Of a DNA stretch of 64,000 nucleotides, positions 22,687-33,537 are shown piece after piece. The position numbers and the translations under genes were made by a program. The notes beneath the pieces are model-generated. The model was not told where the DNA came from. It searched no databases and worked only from the letters and a program-made list of their open reading frames with translations. This DNA is from Micrococcales bacterium UBA7472 (GTDB taxonomy: Bacteria; Actinomycetota; Actinomycetes; Actinomycetales; Microbacteriaceae): positions 54,492-118,491 of the forward strand of contig DLOY01000084.1 of the NCBI GenBank assembly GCA_002478545.1, read 5' to 3'. How positions within the stretch are numbered: the stretch's first letter is position 1; each line of letters starts with the position of its first letter.

Positions 22687-23618
22687 TAGATTTCCTCTCC
22701 CGCCAGGGTGGAGTACAGGACCGCCATCCTCACCGACACACCATTGGCAACCTGTCGCAGCACCAACGATTTCTCTGAGTCCGCGGCAGCGGATGAAATT
22801 TCGAATCCACGGTTCATCGGACCCGGGTGCAGAATCACTGTCCGATCCCCCATTGATCTAAAGCGATCATCGTTGAGTGCCCAGCTCCTGGCGTATTCTC
22901 GCTCTGAGGGGAAGAAGCTTCCCTGCATGCGTTCTTTTTGAACCCTAAGCATCATCACTGCGTCTGGTTTTTGCGCTAGAGATTCATCAAAACTGTGCGA
23001 GACCTTTGCGCCTAGCTTGGAAATCCCCTCGGGCATCAAAGTGGTGGGACCAGCAACTGTTACCTCTGCACCCAAAAGCTTTAGGAGTAGTACGTTGCTG
23101 CGTGCAACACGGGAGTGCAGGATGTCACCGACGATCAATACCTTCAACCCAGCCAGGTCGCCCTTGAGAGCGAAGTGCTGACGAAGCGTTAGTGCATCCA
23201 GCAGCGCTTGAGTTGGATGTTCGTGGGAACCGTCACCAGCATTGATGATGCTGGATGAAATCCAACCGCGATGGGCAAGCGCGTGTGCTGCTCCCGAAAA
23301 AGGATGCCTAACCACGATCGCATGAGCACCCAACGCCTCGAGTGTCTGCGCGGTGTCCTTGAGGGATTCACCCTTGGAAAGCGAGCTTGTGGCTGCCGAG
23401 AAGTTGATCACATCTGCACTGAGGCGCTTAGCGGCGACCTCAAAGCTAATTCTGGTCCTAGTTGAATTTTCGAAAAACAGATTTACAACCGTCTTGCCAC
23501 GCAGTGCTGGCAGCTTCTTGACTTCGCGCTCATTGACCGAACCCAGTTCAGTTGCATTGTCCAGCAGTTCGATGGCTTGTTCTTTTGATAGGTCCGAAAT
23601 TGAAATCAGGTGCTTCAC
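22686..23618 (-). CDS. pyrB: Aspartate carbamoyltransferase
   Basis: [24 protein letters not shown]. Confidence 0.98.
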   Translation of the reverse strand: MKHLISISDLSKEQAIELLDNATELGSVNEREVKKLPALRGKTVVNLFFENSTRTRISFEVAAKRLSADVINFSAATSSLSKGESLKDTAQTLEALGAHAIVVRHPFSGAAHALAHRGWISSSIINAGDGSHEHPTQALLDALTLRQHFALKGDLAGLKVLIVGDILHSRVARSNVLLLKLLGAEVTVAGPTTLMPEGISKLGAKVSHSFDESLAQKPDAVMMLRVQKERMQGSFFPSEREYARSWALNDDRFRSMGDRTVILHPGPMNRGFEISSAAADSEKSLVLRQVANGVSVRMAVLYSTLAGEEI

Positions 23619-24145
23619 GCTGAAATCACCACCTGGTCCAGCCCATCAACAGCATCGATCATGACCGAAACCCGCTCGGCCTTTGCGGTTGGGAGGTTTT
23701 TGCCAACAAAGTCTGGCCTGATGGGTAGCTCGCGGTGCCCGCGATCCACCAACACTGCGAGCTTCACCTGTCTTGGTCTTCCAAATTCGATCAGCGCATC
23801 AAGTGCTGCTCTGACAGTTCTTCCTGAAAACAGCACGTCGTCGACCAGTACGACGACTTTGCCATCAATCCCAGAGGCTGGTATCTCGGTCTTACCCAGT
23901 GCACGCTGGTTGCCGCTGAGGTCATCGCGATACATGGTGATGTCCAGGCTGCCAAACGCACCATCAAACTCTGGTTCAATGCTGGTCAGTAGTGACGCGA
24001 TTCTCCCTGCTAGAGAAACTCCGCGAGTCGGTATGCCAAGCAAAACTAGATCTTTTGCGCCCTCGTTGGCTTCGAGGATTTCATGAGAGATGCGTCGGAG
24101 CGCTCTATCGATGTCTTGTGCATCGAGTACGACACGTGAGGTCAT
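23615..24145 (-). CDS. pyrR: Pyrimidine operon regulator / uracil PRTase PyrR
   Basis: [46 protein letters not shown] 24145 with SD AAGGAG. Confidence 0.96.
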   Translation of the reverse strand: MTSRVVLDAQDIDRALRRISHEILEANEGAKDLVLLGIPTRGVSLAGRIASLLTSIEPEFDGAFGSLDITMYRDDLSGNQRALGKTEIPASGIDGKVVVLVDDVLFSGRTVRAALDALIEFGRPRQVKLAVLVDRGHRELPIRPDFVGKNLPTAKAERVSVMIDAVDGLDQVVISA

Positions 24146-24150
24146 TTCTT

Positions 24151-24184
24151 CTCCTTCTTCGCCTCTCTGGACGAAGTTAAAGGA
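24151..24184 (-). promoter_or_regulatory. PyrR-binding RNA element overlapping the pyrR SD
   Basis: Minus strand UCCUUUAACUUCGUCCAGAGAGGCGAAGAAGGAG has the CUUUAA and UCCAGAGAGG consensus; UCCUU can pair with AAGGA of the SD. Confidence 0.85.
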
Positions 24185-24208
24185 CATTTGTTGGTCAAAG
24201 CATACTAG

Positions 24209-24628
24209 CTAAAGCGCAGTTGAGCCCTTGGATAGTCGAGCTAGTACGCCATTGACAAACTTGGATGAGTCTTCGGTGGAATACTCCCCGGCCAACGCGA
24301 CCGCCTCAGCGATGGCAACCTCGCTGGGAACCTCGTCGTTGTAGAGGATTTCCCAGCTCGCCAGACGCAGTATTGCGCGGTCCACATTCGGCATGCGCTC
24401 CAGCGACCAGTTATCGGCCAACATTCTGAGTTGCGTGTCAATGCTGTCCGCGTTTTGAAGGTAACCGGTTACCAGCATTTCGGCGTAGTCAAAGATGGCC
24501 TCTTGGTTTTGGCGATCGCCAACTTCGGATCGAGTGTCCTCTAACAGAGTCAGCGGGTTTGAACCCGTGACATCGGCGGCGAAAAGCGCATCTAGAGCGC
24601 GTTTGCGGGCTTTAGTTCTGGCGCTCAA
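24209..24628 (-). CDS. nusB: Transcription antitermination factor NusB
   Basis: MSARTKARKRAL, W.LERM..VDRAILR, FVNGVL. Confidence 0.96.
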   Translation of the reverse strand: MSARTKARKRALDALFAADVTGSNPLTLLEDTRSEVGDRQNQEAIFDYAEMLVTGYLQNADSIDTQLRMLADNWSLERMPNVDRAILRLASWEILYNDEVPSEVAIAEAVALAGEYSTEDSSKFVNGVLARLSKGSTAL

Positions 24629-25192
24629 CTATTCGCTCACGCGACCGAGGTAGTCACCGGTGCGGGTGTCAACCTTCACTCTGGTGTTGTTTTCAATGAA
24701 TAGCGGTACCTGAATCTGGTAACCGGTCTCCAAAGTTGCTGGCTTGGTGCCACCGGTAGAGCGGTCGCCCTGAAGGCCCGGCTCGGTGTAGGTGATCTCC
24801 AAAACAACCGATGCAGGTAGCTCAACGTAGAGCGGGTTGCCCTCGTGAAGTGCAACTGTGGCCATCTGGTTCTCGAGCATGAAGTTTGCAGCGTCGCCAA
24901 CAGTCTCGCTTGGCACGGTGATTTGGTCGTAGTTAGTGGTGTCCATGAAGACATAGCCAGACCCGTCGTTGTACAGGTACTGCATGTCGCGACGGTCCAC
25001 ATTTGCGGTTTCAACCTTTACACCTGCGTTGAAAGTCTTGTCGACAACCTTGCCGGAGAGTACGTTGCGCAACTTGGAGCGAACGAAAGCTGGCCCCTTA
25101 CCTGGCTTTACGTGCTGAAACTCGATGACGGACCATAGTTGACCCTCGATGTTTAGCACCATGCCGTTTTTTAGATCGTTTGAAGTTGCCAT
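24629..25192 (-). CDS. efp: Elongation factor P
   Basis: [37 protein letters not shown]. Confidence 0.98.
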   Translation of the reverse strand: MATSNDLKNGMVLNIEGQLWSVIEFQHVKPGKGPAFVRSKLRNVLSGKVVDKTFNAGVKVETANVDRRDMQYLYNDGSGYVFMDTTNYDQITVPSETVGDAANFMLENQMATVALHEGNPLYVELPASVVLEITYTEPGLQGDRSTGGTKPATLETGYQIQVPLFIENNTRVKVDTRTGDYLGRVSE

Positions 25193-25220
25193 GACTCTCC
25201 TTGAATAAACCTTGAGAATT

Positions 25221-25652
25221 CTAGTTGGCTAATAGCTGTGAAACGGCTAGCACGTAGCTTCTGAGTCCAAATCCTGCTATCACTCCGGTCGCAACTCCAG
25301 AGATCACTGAGTTGTGACGAAACTCCTCACGAGTGTGGGGATTGGTGATGTGAACCTCAATCAACCTGATGCCAGAGCTGGTCAACACAGCACAGGCATC
25401 TCTGAGTGCATAGGAATAGTGGGTGAATGCCGCGGGGTTCAGCACAACGTCTGAACGATCTTTGAAGGCCTGGTGAAGCTTTTCAATCAGAGCTTGTTCG
25501 CTGTTGGTTTGAAAAAACTCAAACTCGACGGTTGGAAACTCTCCTTTGAGAAGATTCTCCAGATCGCTCAGCTTCGCGCTTCCGTAAATCTCCGGCTCGC
25601 GCTCACCCAACAGATTTAGGTTGGGACCATTCAGAATAAGAATCTTGCTCAT
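25221..25652 (-). CDS. aroQ: Type II 3-dehydroquinate dehydratase
   Basis: [38 protein letters not shown]. Confidence 0.97.
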   Translation of the reverse strand: MSKILILNGPNLNLLGEREPEIYGSAKLSDLENLLKGEFPTVEFEFFQTNSEQALIEKLHQAFKDRSDVVLNPAAFTHYSYALRDACAVLTSSGIRLIEVHITNPHTREEFRHNSVISGVATGVIAGFGLRSYVLAVSQLLAN

Positions 25653-25661
25653 GCGATAACG

Positions 25662-26690
25662 CTATTCCACAATCGCCTGGAAGGCAGTAAATAGAAGCTC
25701 CGGAGTTGGCGCACTCAAAATGCTCGGCTTGCCAATTTGGTCGAGCACTACAAACCTAAGTGCGCCTGATCGCGCTTTCTTGTCGCGCTGCATGGTCGCC
25801 AAAAGTTGCTCCCAGCGATCAGCGCGATAGCTGAGTGGAAGTCCTAACCCTCCCAAAACCTTGCGGTGTCGCTCGAGATCCTTCTCACTGAGCTTTCCGG
25901 AGAGCATCGACAGCTCAGCGGCAAAGACCATGCCGATCGAGATGGCCGCCCCGTGGCGCCATTTGTAACGCTCAGCATGTTCGATAGCGTGGCCTAGGGT
26001 GTGTCCGTAGTTTAGAAACTCACGCTCACCCGACTCCTTGAAATCGGCTTCAGTCACTCGCTCTTTGATCGCGACCGAACGCTTTACGAGCTCCTCGATC
26101 AAATCTGACTTTGGATCGATTGCGCTTGGGTCCTCGAGTGCGTCAAGGATCCATGGGTCAGCGATAAAGCCGTATTTTGCCACTTCGGCCATGCCTGCGA
26201 TCAGATCGTTTTTTGGCAACGTCTCCAAGGTGTCGAGGTCGATGATCACGCGATGCGGAAGGTGAAAAGCTCCAACCAAGTTCTTACCCTCTGAGGTATT
26301 CACGCCCGTCTTGCCACCGACTGCGGCATCGACCATTCCCAGTAGGGTGGTTGGAATTAGCACGCTCCTGACTCCGCGCAGCCAAGTAGCCGCAACAAAG
26401 CCAGCCAGATCAGTTGTTGCCCCACCGCCAAGCCCAATTACAGCATCATTGCGGTGAAAATCAGCCTGCCCCATGATGCCCCAGCAAAATGCTGCAACCT
26501 CGATGCGCTTGGCATCCTCACCGTTTGGGACCTCCGCCAAGATTGCCTCAAAACCTTGAACCGAAAGCCGCTCCCGGATCGCATCAGCGGTTGCAGATAG
26601 CGCCTGTGGGTGAACAATCAGGATCTTCTTAACGCCGTCAAGGGCTGCTGGGATTTCATCGAGTAATCCTCTGCCAACTACTGATCTCAT
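25662..26690 (-). CDS. aroB: 3-dehydroquinate synthase
   Basis: GGGATTDLAGF, PTTLLGMVDAAVGGKTG, LNYGHTLGHAIE. Confidence 0.97.
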   Translation of the reverse strand: MRSVVGRGLLDEIPAALDGVKKILIVHPQALSATADAIRERLSVQGFEAILAEVPNGEDAKRIEVAAFCWGIMGQADFHRNDAVIGLGGGATTDLAGFVAATWLRGVRSVLIPTTLLGMVDAAVGGKTGVNTSEGKNLVGAFHLPHRVIIDLDTLETLPKNDLIAGMAEVAKYGFIADPWILDALEDPSAIDPKSDLIEELVKRSVAIKERVTEADFKESGEREFLNYGHTLGHAIEHAERYKWRHGAAISIGMVFAAELSMLSGKLSEKDLERHRKVLGGLGLPLSYRADRWEQLLATMQRDKKARSGALRFVVLDQIGKPSILSAPTPELLFTAFQAIVE

Positions 26691-27178
26691 ATCCCTAATC
26701 CATCTCTGATCTCTTGAATTAACTTCTTTATTGGCCTGCCACCGGTGAAGACAGTTTGCTTGGCCAACGCCCGGTAGGTGCTTAGTCGAGCATCGTAGAT
26801 CTCTTGCCAGCGCCCCGGGTTATCCCTAATCAGCGGTCGCTTTGACATATTGACTTTGCCAATCACGTGTTCGGCGCTGGTGTCTAGGAAAATCACATGG
26901 TGCTTTGCGATGAGATCCTGATTGCGCTGTCGCAGGATCGCTCCGCCACCGGTTGCGACAACAGCTGGTTGCTCAAGTGCAGCCTCGAGATAGCGAGTTT
27001 CGAGATCACGAAAATGCTGTTCGCCCTTTTCCTCAAAGAGCTTGGTTATTGGGCCGTGGTCACCCGCAATCTGTTTATCGGTGTCGATAAATTGCAGCCC
27101 CAACTCCTTGGCCAGTTTCTTGCCCAAGGTGGTCTTACCCGACCCCATGGGTCCAATCAGGACGATTGCACCTGCCAT
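26687..27178 (-). CDS. aroK: Shikimate kinase
   Basis: GPMGSGKTT, GE..FR..E, ATGGG, RPL. Confidence 0.95.
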   Translation of the reverse strand: MAGAIVLIGPMGSGKTTLGKKLAKELGLQFIDTDKQIAGDHGPITKLFEEKGEQHFRDLETRYLEAALEQPAVVATGGGAILRQRNQDLIAKHHVIFLDTSAEHVIGKVNMSKRPLIRDNPGRWQEIYDARLSTYRALAKQTVFTGGRPIKKLIQEIRDGLGI

Positions 27179-28375
27179 CTAGGGCCTGACAATGCGTGAG
27201 CGCATCACCTCTGGGATGCTAGCGAGGTAGGAATCCAGGTTGCGCTTGGTCTCGGCAACCGAATCGCCACCGAATTTCTCCAAAACGCTATTTGCAATAA
27301 CCAACGAGACCATCGCCTCGACCACAACACCCGCCGCGGGGACCGCGCAAACATCGCTGCGTTGGTGGTGGGCAGTGGCGGCGTCGCCGGTGGCTGTGTC
27401 AAGCGTTCTGAGTGCTCTAGGCACGGTCGAAATCGGCTTCATGCCAGCGCGTACCCGAATGATCTCACCGTTGGACATTCCACCCTCGATGCCCCCCGCG
27501 CGATCAGTTACGCGACTTACCTCGCCGTCTTCACGCACAATCTCATCGTGAGCGACTGAGCCACGACGTTTGGTGGTTTCGAGTCCGTCACCGATCTCAA
27601 CTGATTTCATGGCTTGGATACCCATAACGGCAGCTGCCAGCTGGGCGTCAAGTCGACGGTCCCAGTGCACGTAGCTGCCTAAACCTGGTGGGCACCCGTA
27701 AACCAATGTTTCGGTCACGCCACCAATGGTGTCTCCCTGAGAGTGACACTGATCAATCTCAGCAACCATGGCCTCGGACGCACTCTTGTCGAAGCAGCGA
27801 ACCGGGTCGTTATCCAACGTTTCTAGGTCTGCGGGTCTTGGCAGCTGGGTGGACTGGTTCTGAACTGGACCGATTGCAACGGTGTGGGTGACAAGTTCAA
27901 TCCCCAGCTCACGAAGGAAATTTTGAGCTATGCGGCCTAGAGCGACTCGGGTTGCGGTTTCTCTCGCACTAGCGCGCTCCAAGACTGGTCGGGCATCATC
28001 AAATCCGTACTTTTGCATGCCGGTGAAATCCGCATGTCCAGGCCTTGGTCGGGTTAGTGCAGCAGCTCTTGCTCCAGAGAGTTCTTCGGCCTCCACGGGT
28101 GCCGCACTCATAACGGTTTCCCATTTGGGCCACTCGGTGTTTGCGATTCTTAGCGCTACAGGCCCGCCCTGGCTAATGCCAAAGCGAACTCCGGCGGACA
28201 GCGTTACTTCATCCTGCTCAAATTTCATGCGCGCACCGCGGCCATAGCCGAGGCGACGACGCCCAAGGGCGTCTTGAATGTCTTCTTTGAGGATTGGCAC
28301 TCCCGCGGGCAGCCCCTCAATCATTCCGATAAGTTCTGGGCCGTGGGATTCACCCGCAGTTATGAAGCGCAACAT
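27179..28375 (-). CDS. aroC: Chorismate synthase
   Basis: [30 protein letters not shown]. Confidence 0.98.
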   Translation of the reverse strand: MLRFITAGESHGPELIGMIEGLPAGVPILKEDIQDALGRRRLGYGRGARMKFEQDEVTLSAGVRFGISQGGPVALRIANTEWPKWETVMSAAPVEAEELSGARAAALTRPRPGHADFTGMQKYGFDDARPVLERASARETATRVALGRIAQNFLRELGIELVTHTVAIGPVQNQSTQLPRPADLETLDNDPVRCFDKSASEAMVAEIDQCHSQGDTIGGVTETLVYGCPPGLGSYVHWDRRLDAQLAAAVMGIQAMKSVEIGDGLETTKRRGSVAHDEIVREDGEVSRVTDRAGGIEGGMSNGEIIRVRAGMKPISTVPRALRTLDTATGDAATAHHQRSDVCAVPAAGVVVEAMVSLVIANSVLEKFGGDSVAETKRNLDSYLASIPEVMRSRIVRP

Positions 28376-28379
28376 TCGA

Positions 28380-29159
28380 CTATTTTGCCACTTCGAGCGC
28401 CTTGCGCGCCGCGAGAAGAAGTTTTCCTTCGTTTTCCAACTGCTCGTCGATTTCTAGGCCATGGAAAAGCCGTTGCTGGCCAAGTGCCTGCCAAAGCAGC
28501 ATTTCAAGCCCGGATGCGCGGTTTTTCTCGGGAAAATGCAGTGCCAGTTTGGTTGGCCAAGGGTGGTAAACCACATCCAGTAGCACGCCCTTGTATTCAC
28601 CCTTGAGCTGAGTATCCAGAGCTCCAGCAACCACTGTGCTGATGACTGCCGGTTGACTCAGAGCGGTGTGTAGTTTCTCGATGGCCGAAATCTCAAACTC
28701 TTCGGCAAGCTTTCTGGCCTTATCCGGCGACCTACCCCAAACTGAGACATTTTTGCCAAGTTCGAGCATTGCAACGATTGCGCTTCGAGCGGTTGCGCCG
28801 GTGCCAAGCACCGCTACCGAACTGAACTTCTTGCCGATAAGTGCCTGCTGAATGCCAAACACATCGGTGTTGTAGGCATCCCACCCAGCGTCAGTTCTGA
28901 CCAGGGTGTTGGCGGCCTGGGCTTGAATCGCGACAAAATCAGCACGCTTGCCGACATCAAGAGCTTCTTCTTTGAGCGGCATCGTAAGACTCAGACCTTG
29001 CCAGCTTTCGTCCAGGGTGGCGAGAAATTCAGCCACTCCTGATTCCAACTCGATTCGGTCATAACTGTGCTTCTCGCCAAGTTCAGCAAAAATCGCGCTG
29101 TGAATCTCAGGAGATTTTGAATGGCTGATTGGCGAGCCCAGCACCGCGAACTTACTCAT
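28380..29159 (-). CDS. aroE: Shikimate dehydrogenase
   Basis: [39 protein letters not shown]; start ATG 29159. Confidence 0.94.
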   Translation of the reverse strand: MSKFAVLGSPISHSKSPEIHSAIFAELGEKHSYDRIELESGVAEFLATLDESWQGLSLTMPLKEEALDVGKRADFVAIQAQAANTLVRTDAGWDAYNTDVFGIQQALIGKKFSSVAVLGTGATARSAIVAMLELGKNVSVWGRSPDKARKLAEEFEISAIEKLHTALSQPAVISTVVAGALDTQLKGEYKGVLLDVVYHPWPTKLALHFPEKNRASGLEMLLWQALGQQRLFHGLEIDEQLENEGKLLLAARKALEVAK

Positions 29160-30210
29160 TCCAGTCCGGATTCTCTCTGAGCCACTTTCGATAAAGCTCG
29201 GCTGCTTTTTCATGTTCTGCAAGCGTGTTCGAGAAAACGGTTTCGCCAGTTTTTAGATTTATGGCAACAAAGAACAACCAGTCTCCATCTGCTGGTCGCA
29301 GCGCAGCTTCTATCGCAAGTGATCCTGGATTACCTACCGGACCAACCGGAACACCTTTATAGATGTAGGTGTTGAAGGGGTTCGAAGCATCCTTGACCCC
29401 ATCCGTGAAGTTCGACTGCTCCCCCTCATAGCGATACTTCACGGTCGGGTCTGACTGCAGCAACATGCCCTTGTCGAGTCGATTTGCGAAAACCCTCGAA
29501 ATCTTGAAGAAATCTTCTTCGTGTTTGCCTTCGGCTTGAATTAGCGCAGCCAGCGAAAGCAGATCATGTGCATCCTTGAGCTCCACACCAAAGCCAGCAA
29601 GCTCGGCTTCCATTCGATCGACCATCGTCTTGATCACGGTCTCGGCTGTGACGTTTGGATCAAATGTGTAGGTTGCTGGGAAAAGGTAGCCCTCAAGCGT
29701 TGGAGCTTCTTTTGAAACGCGACCACGCTGTGTTTCAAGCGCTGCATACAGGTCATCGCTTTTGAGCGACAGCGCCTCAGCAACCAGTGGAATAAGTTGC
29801 TGAATGCGCATCCCCTCTGGGATTGTCACCTGATTCACAACGCGGTTCTTGCCATCGATCAATAGTCGAAGCGCTTTAGCACCGGAAATTTTGGTGGGGA
29901 AACTGTAGGTGCCGGGGTAAATGGTGAAATCGGCATTCAGCATTTCGCGGTATATGGCATCGAAGCTCTTGACGATGTCAGCCTCAACCATCTTGCTAGC
30001 AACTGCGGCGCCGTCATCACCAGCAACGATGGTGATCGTAGTTTCGGGTCCAGGTTCTCCGTCGTAGTCCTCTACAACGAATTTGGAGAGGTAGGACTTT
30101 ATAGAGTCGTAGCTAAAGGCCACCACTGCGAGTGAACCAAGCAGAAGTGCCCCAATGGTGACCAGTGAAATAAGGAGGTTGCGCTTACCGCGCTGAGTCG
30201 AGTTACTCAT
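29152..30210 (-). CDS. mltG: Endolytic transglycosylase MltG (YceG)
   Basis: N-terminal TM, TIPEG, EGYLFPATY, IQAEG, LQSDPT, NTY..KG.P.GP; start ATG 30210. Confidence 0.93.
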   Translation of the reverse strand: MSNSTQRGKRNLLISLVTIGALLLGSLAVVAFSYDSIKSYLSKFVVEDYDGEPGPETTITIVAGDDGAAVASKMVEADIVKSFDAIYREMLNADFTIYPGTYSFPTKISGAKALRLLIDGKNRVVNQVTIPEGMRIQQLIPLVAEALSLKSDDLYAALETQRGRVSKEAPTLEGYLFPATYTFDPNVTAETVIKTMVDRMEAELAGFGVELKDAHDLLSLAALIQAEGKHEEDFFKISRVFANRLDKGMLLQSDPTVKYRYEGEQSNFTDGVKDASNPFNTYIYKGVPVGPVGNPGSLAIEAALRPADGDWLFFVAINLKTGETVFSNTLAEHEKAAELYRKWLRENPDWNE

Positions 30211-30637
30211 CAAATTCACTCGGATCCTTACCCGCTAGTTGACCTTCTCGCTCACTCTGAAGCGCAAACTCCAGAATCTGCTGAGCGGCTTGGGCGTCAA
30301 CAATACCCTTTGAGTTTTTAGCATTCTTTCCACTGGCCCGGAGCAGGGCGTGTGCACTCTTTGTGGTGAGTCGCTCGTCGATCAAACGCACCGGTGCAAA
30401 TGCTGCCAACTGACGCGCGAAGGTCAGTGCATTTGCTGTTGATTGCGTGTGGTTCCCACTGAGTGACAGCGGGAGCCCAACGTAGATGGCCGCAACCTGC
30501 TTCTGCTGCGCAATCTCAACCACTTCACTGACGGCGTTTTCTGAGAACGCCAGCACTTCAAGCGGGATAGCTAAGCTGCCCTCTGAAATGGCAAGACCGA
30601 CTCGGCTTTGACCGACATCGACCGCCAGCTTTCTCAT
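30203..30637 (-). CDS. ruvX: YqgF/RuvX RNase H-fold nuclease
   Basis: LAVDVG..RVGLA, VGLP, DERLTT, VDAQAA..IL. Confidence 0.93.
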   Translation of the reverse strand: MRKLAVDVGQSRVGLAISEGSLAIPLEVLAFSENAVSEVVEIAQQKQVAAIYVGLPLSLSGNHTQSTANALTFARQLAAFAPVRLIDERLTTKSAHALLRASGKNAKNSKGIVDAQAAQQILEFALQSEREGQLAGKDPSEFDE

Positions 30638-33270
30638 CTGATCAGACCGGTCGCAATCGCGATTGCGGCGTCGAGCTTGTTGGCATCAATACCGCCACCT
30701 TGAGCAAGATCCGCCTTGCCACCACCGCCACCACCAAGTTCGACCGCTGCAGCCTTTGCGAGCTCTCCAGCCTTGATGCCCTGCTCGATCGCCTGCTGAC
30801 CACATGCAACCATCACCGTTGGTCGAGATTCAAACTCCGCTCCCAAGATCACGACTGCTTTACCGCCAAGCTGTTCACGCGCTGCAGTGGCCAGGTTTCG
30901 AAGGCTTTCTGAATTGGTGCTCTCCAGTTTCGCGCTCAAGACCTGCAGACCCGCAATCTCTGTGGCGCTTGCAAGTAGAGCTGGCAATTTGGCCAGCGCT
31001 TGAGCCGCCTCGAGTTCGGCAATCTTGCGGTTTGCCTGACGCAGTTCTTCAAGAGCGTCTGCAATCTTGCTCTCAAGCTCGGCGGCAGGTGCCTTCACCG
31101 AGGCAGCAAGTCGCTTCACCAGGTCGCGCTCACGGGTTAGGTTGCGAAGTGCATCGATCCCGACAAAGGCTTCAATGCGTCGAGCTCCAGACCCTACCGA
31201 GGACTCGTTGCTGATTGAGACCAAACCGATTTGGCTGGAGCGAGATACGTGAGTTCCACCACAAAGCTCTCTTGACCATGGACCACCAACTTGAACCACT
31301 CGGACCGATTCATCGTAGGTTTCGCCAAAGAGTGCGATCGCGCCCCACTCCTTTGCTTCAGGCAAGGTCATGAACTGGGCAGAGACAGCCAGGTCGGAGC
31401 GAATTGCTAGGTTGGAAACCTCTTCAATTTCGCTCTTAGCGCTCTCTGAAAGCGCCTCTCCCCAAGCAAAGTCAAGTCGCATGTAGCCAGGCTTGTTGAA
31501 AGATCCAGACTGCAATGCCTCTGGACCGAGAACCTGACGAAGCGCCGCGTGCACCACGTGGGTTGCAGAGTGTGCCTGACAAGCACCGAGACGCCAGTTC
31601 GCATCAACAAGAGTTTCTGCGACCGTGCCGGTTGTGACCTCGCCGCTCAGTACTCTCACTTTGTGTGAGAAAAGGCCCTTGACTGGCTTTTGCACATCTA
31701 GCACCTCTAGCTCAAAGCCATCACCGCGGATGATTCCAGCGTCAGCTGCCTGACCACCAGACTCTGCGTAAAGTGAGGTCTTATCGATAAACAGTTCACC
31801 CAATTCGCCTTCACGAAGCGCCTGAGTCACTTCGCCATCTCTGATCAGACCAAGTACTCGCCCTTCAGCACTCAAACTCTCGTAGCCGAGGAACTGGGTT
31901 TCACCCTTTTGCCTAAATTCGCTGTAGACCTGCAGACCGGCTGCTCCGACCTTCTTGCTCTTTGCGTCTTCTTTGGCTCGCTGCTTCTGCTCGGTCATGA
32001 GTCGGTTGAACTCATCGCGGTCCACGCTTAGACCGTTCTCCTCGGCAATCTCTTGAGTTAGATCGATTGGGAAGCCATAGGTGTCGTGAAGTAGGAATGC
32101 GATGTCGCCACCCAGAGAGCCCTGGGCATTCGAGATTGCCTCTTCAAGAACTACGGTGCCCGCCTCCAGAGTGCGACGGAATCCTGCTTCTTCGGCGAGA
32201 GCTGAGCGAAGAACTCTAGGGAAAGTTTCTTCTAATTCTGGATACGCCTCGACCATCGCGTTTTTAGAGGTTGTGAAGAGTCTTTCGAAACTTGGCTCGG
32301 AAACACCAATTAGACGCAGTGCTCGAATGGAGCGGCGAAGTAGTCGGCGAAGGATGTAGCCACGACCCTCATTTGATGGCGTGACTCCGTCAGACATCAG
32401 CATCAGTGCAGAGCGGATGTGGTCAGCGACGACACGCATCCTGACATCGTCTTGCTCATTAGCCCCGTAGCGCTTGCCACTTAGTTCGGCAGCTACATCA
32501 ATCAGTGGTCTGACCTGGTCGATCTCGTAGATGTTCTCAACACCCTGGAGCAAGAACGCAACGCGCTCAAGGCCCATTCCGGTGTCGATGTTCTTCTTGG
32601 GGAGCTCGCCCAGGATTTCGTAGTGATCCTTGGTGCCGCCATCAGCACGTTCATACTGCATGAACACGAGGTTCCAGATCTCGATGTAACGATCTTCATC
32701 GGCCTCCGGACCGCCCTCAACGCCATACTCCGGACCGCGATCGAAATAGATCTCGGAACATGGTCCGGCAGGACCACGCTGGCCAGTGGACCAGTAATTG
32801 TCTTTCATGCCTCGCTTTTGAATGCGCTCGCGTGGAATCGAAGAGTTCTTTAGCCAGTAATCAATGGCCTCGTCATCATCCTGATAGACCGTCACCCAAA
32901 GCCGCTCTGGATCAAACCCTAAGCCGCCGTCTTCTAGCTTGCCGGTGAGCAGTTCCCAGGCAAAGGCGATTGCCTCTTCCTTGAAGTAGTCGCCAAACGA
33001 AAAGTTTCCGTTCATCTGGAAGAACGTTCCGTGACGCGTGGTCTTACCTACTTCGTCGATGTCCAGGGTTCTGACGCACTTCTGCACGCTCGTTGCACGA
33101 GGGTAAGGAGCTGGCAGTACGCCTGTCATGTAAGGAATGAAGGGCACCATTCCCGCCACCACGAACATGAGGGTCGGGTCTTGAGAAATTAGTGGTGCAC
33201 TGGGAACAACGGTGTGGCCCTTGCGTTCGAAGAACTCAAGCCACCGCCGTTTGATTTCGGCAGTCTTCAT
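30634..33270 (-). CDS. alaS: Alanine--tRNA ligase
   Basis: RHGTFFQMNGNFSFGDYFK, EIWNLVFMQ, IDTGMGLER, HSATH, ELCGGTH, GGGGGGK. Confidence 0.99.
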   Translation of the reverse strand: MKTAEIKRRWLEFFERKGHTVVPSAPLISQDPTLMFVVAGMVPFIPYMTGVLPAPYPRATSVQKCVRTLDIDEVGKTTRHGTFFQMNGNFSFGDYFKEEAIAFAWELLTGKLEDGGLGFDPERLWVTVYQDDDEAIDYWLKNSSIPRERIQKRGMKDNYWSTGQRGPAGPCSEIYFDRGPEYGVEGGPEADEDRYIEIWNLVFMQYERADGGTKDHYEILGELPKKNIDTGMGLERVAFLLQGVENIYEIDQVRPLIDVAAELSGKRYGANEQDDVRMRVVADHIRSALMLMSDGVTPSNEGRGYILRRLLRRSIRALRLIGVSEPSFERLFTTSKNAMVEAYPELEETFPRVLRSALAEEAGFRRTLEAGTVVLEEAISNAQGSLGGDIAFLLHDTYGFPIDLTQEIAEENGLSVDRDEFNRLMTEQKQRAKEDAKSKKVGAAGLQVYSEFRQKGETQFLGYESLSAEGRVLGLIRDGEVTQALREGELGELFIDKTSLYAESGGQAADAGIIRGDGFELEVLDVQKPVKGLFSHKVRVLSGEVTTGTVAETLVDANWRLGACQAHSATHVVHAALRQVLGPEALQSGSFNKPGYMRLDFAWGEALSESAKSEIEEVSNLAIRSDLAVSAQFMTLPEAKEWGAIALFGETYDESVRVVQVGGPWSRELCGGTHVSRSSQIGLVSISNESSVGSGARRIEAFVGIDALRNLTRERDLVKRLAASVKAPAAELESKIADALEELRQANRKIAELEAAQALAKLPALLASATEIAGLQVLSAKLESTNSESLRNLATAAREQLGGKAVVILGAEFESRPTVMVACGQQAIEQGIKAGELAKAAAVELGGGGGGKADLAQGGGIDANKLDAAIAIATGLIR

Positions 33271-33277
33271 GGATTAT

Positions 33278-33535
33278 CTACTTTGCGGTAGTGGTTTTGC
33301 GCTTTGCTGCTGGCTTACTCGCTGCAGGCTTAGCTGAAGTCTTAGCGACTGGCTTTGCTGGAGCCTCAAGCTCCGCTTCGCGCTCGAGGTAACCCTCTTT
33401 GACCGCGGAAGCAAAATCCTTTGCGGCGTCAATCGCCTCATCCAAGGCAAGCTGCGCCTTTGGGTTGTCTCGAAGTTGAATCACGGTGATCGCACCAAGT
33501 GAGATGCCGGCCACAAACCAACCAAGTTTCGACAT
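33278..33535 (-). CDS. Small membrane protein with Lys/Ala/Pro-rich C-terminal tail
   Basis: N-terminal hydrophobic segment WFVAGISLG, F...V..GY.EREAEL, tail APAKPVAKTSAKPAASKPAAKRK; between the DUF948 gene and alaS. Confidence 0.75.
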   Translation of the reverse strand: MSKLGWFVAGISLGAITVIQLRDNPKAQLALDEAIDAAKDFASAVKEGYLEREAELEAPAKPVAKTSAKPAASKPAAKRKTTTAK

Positions 33536-33537
33536 GA

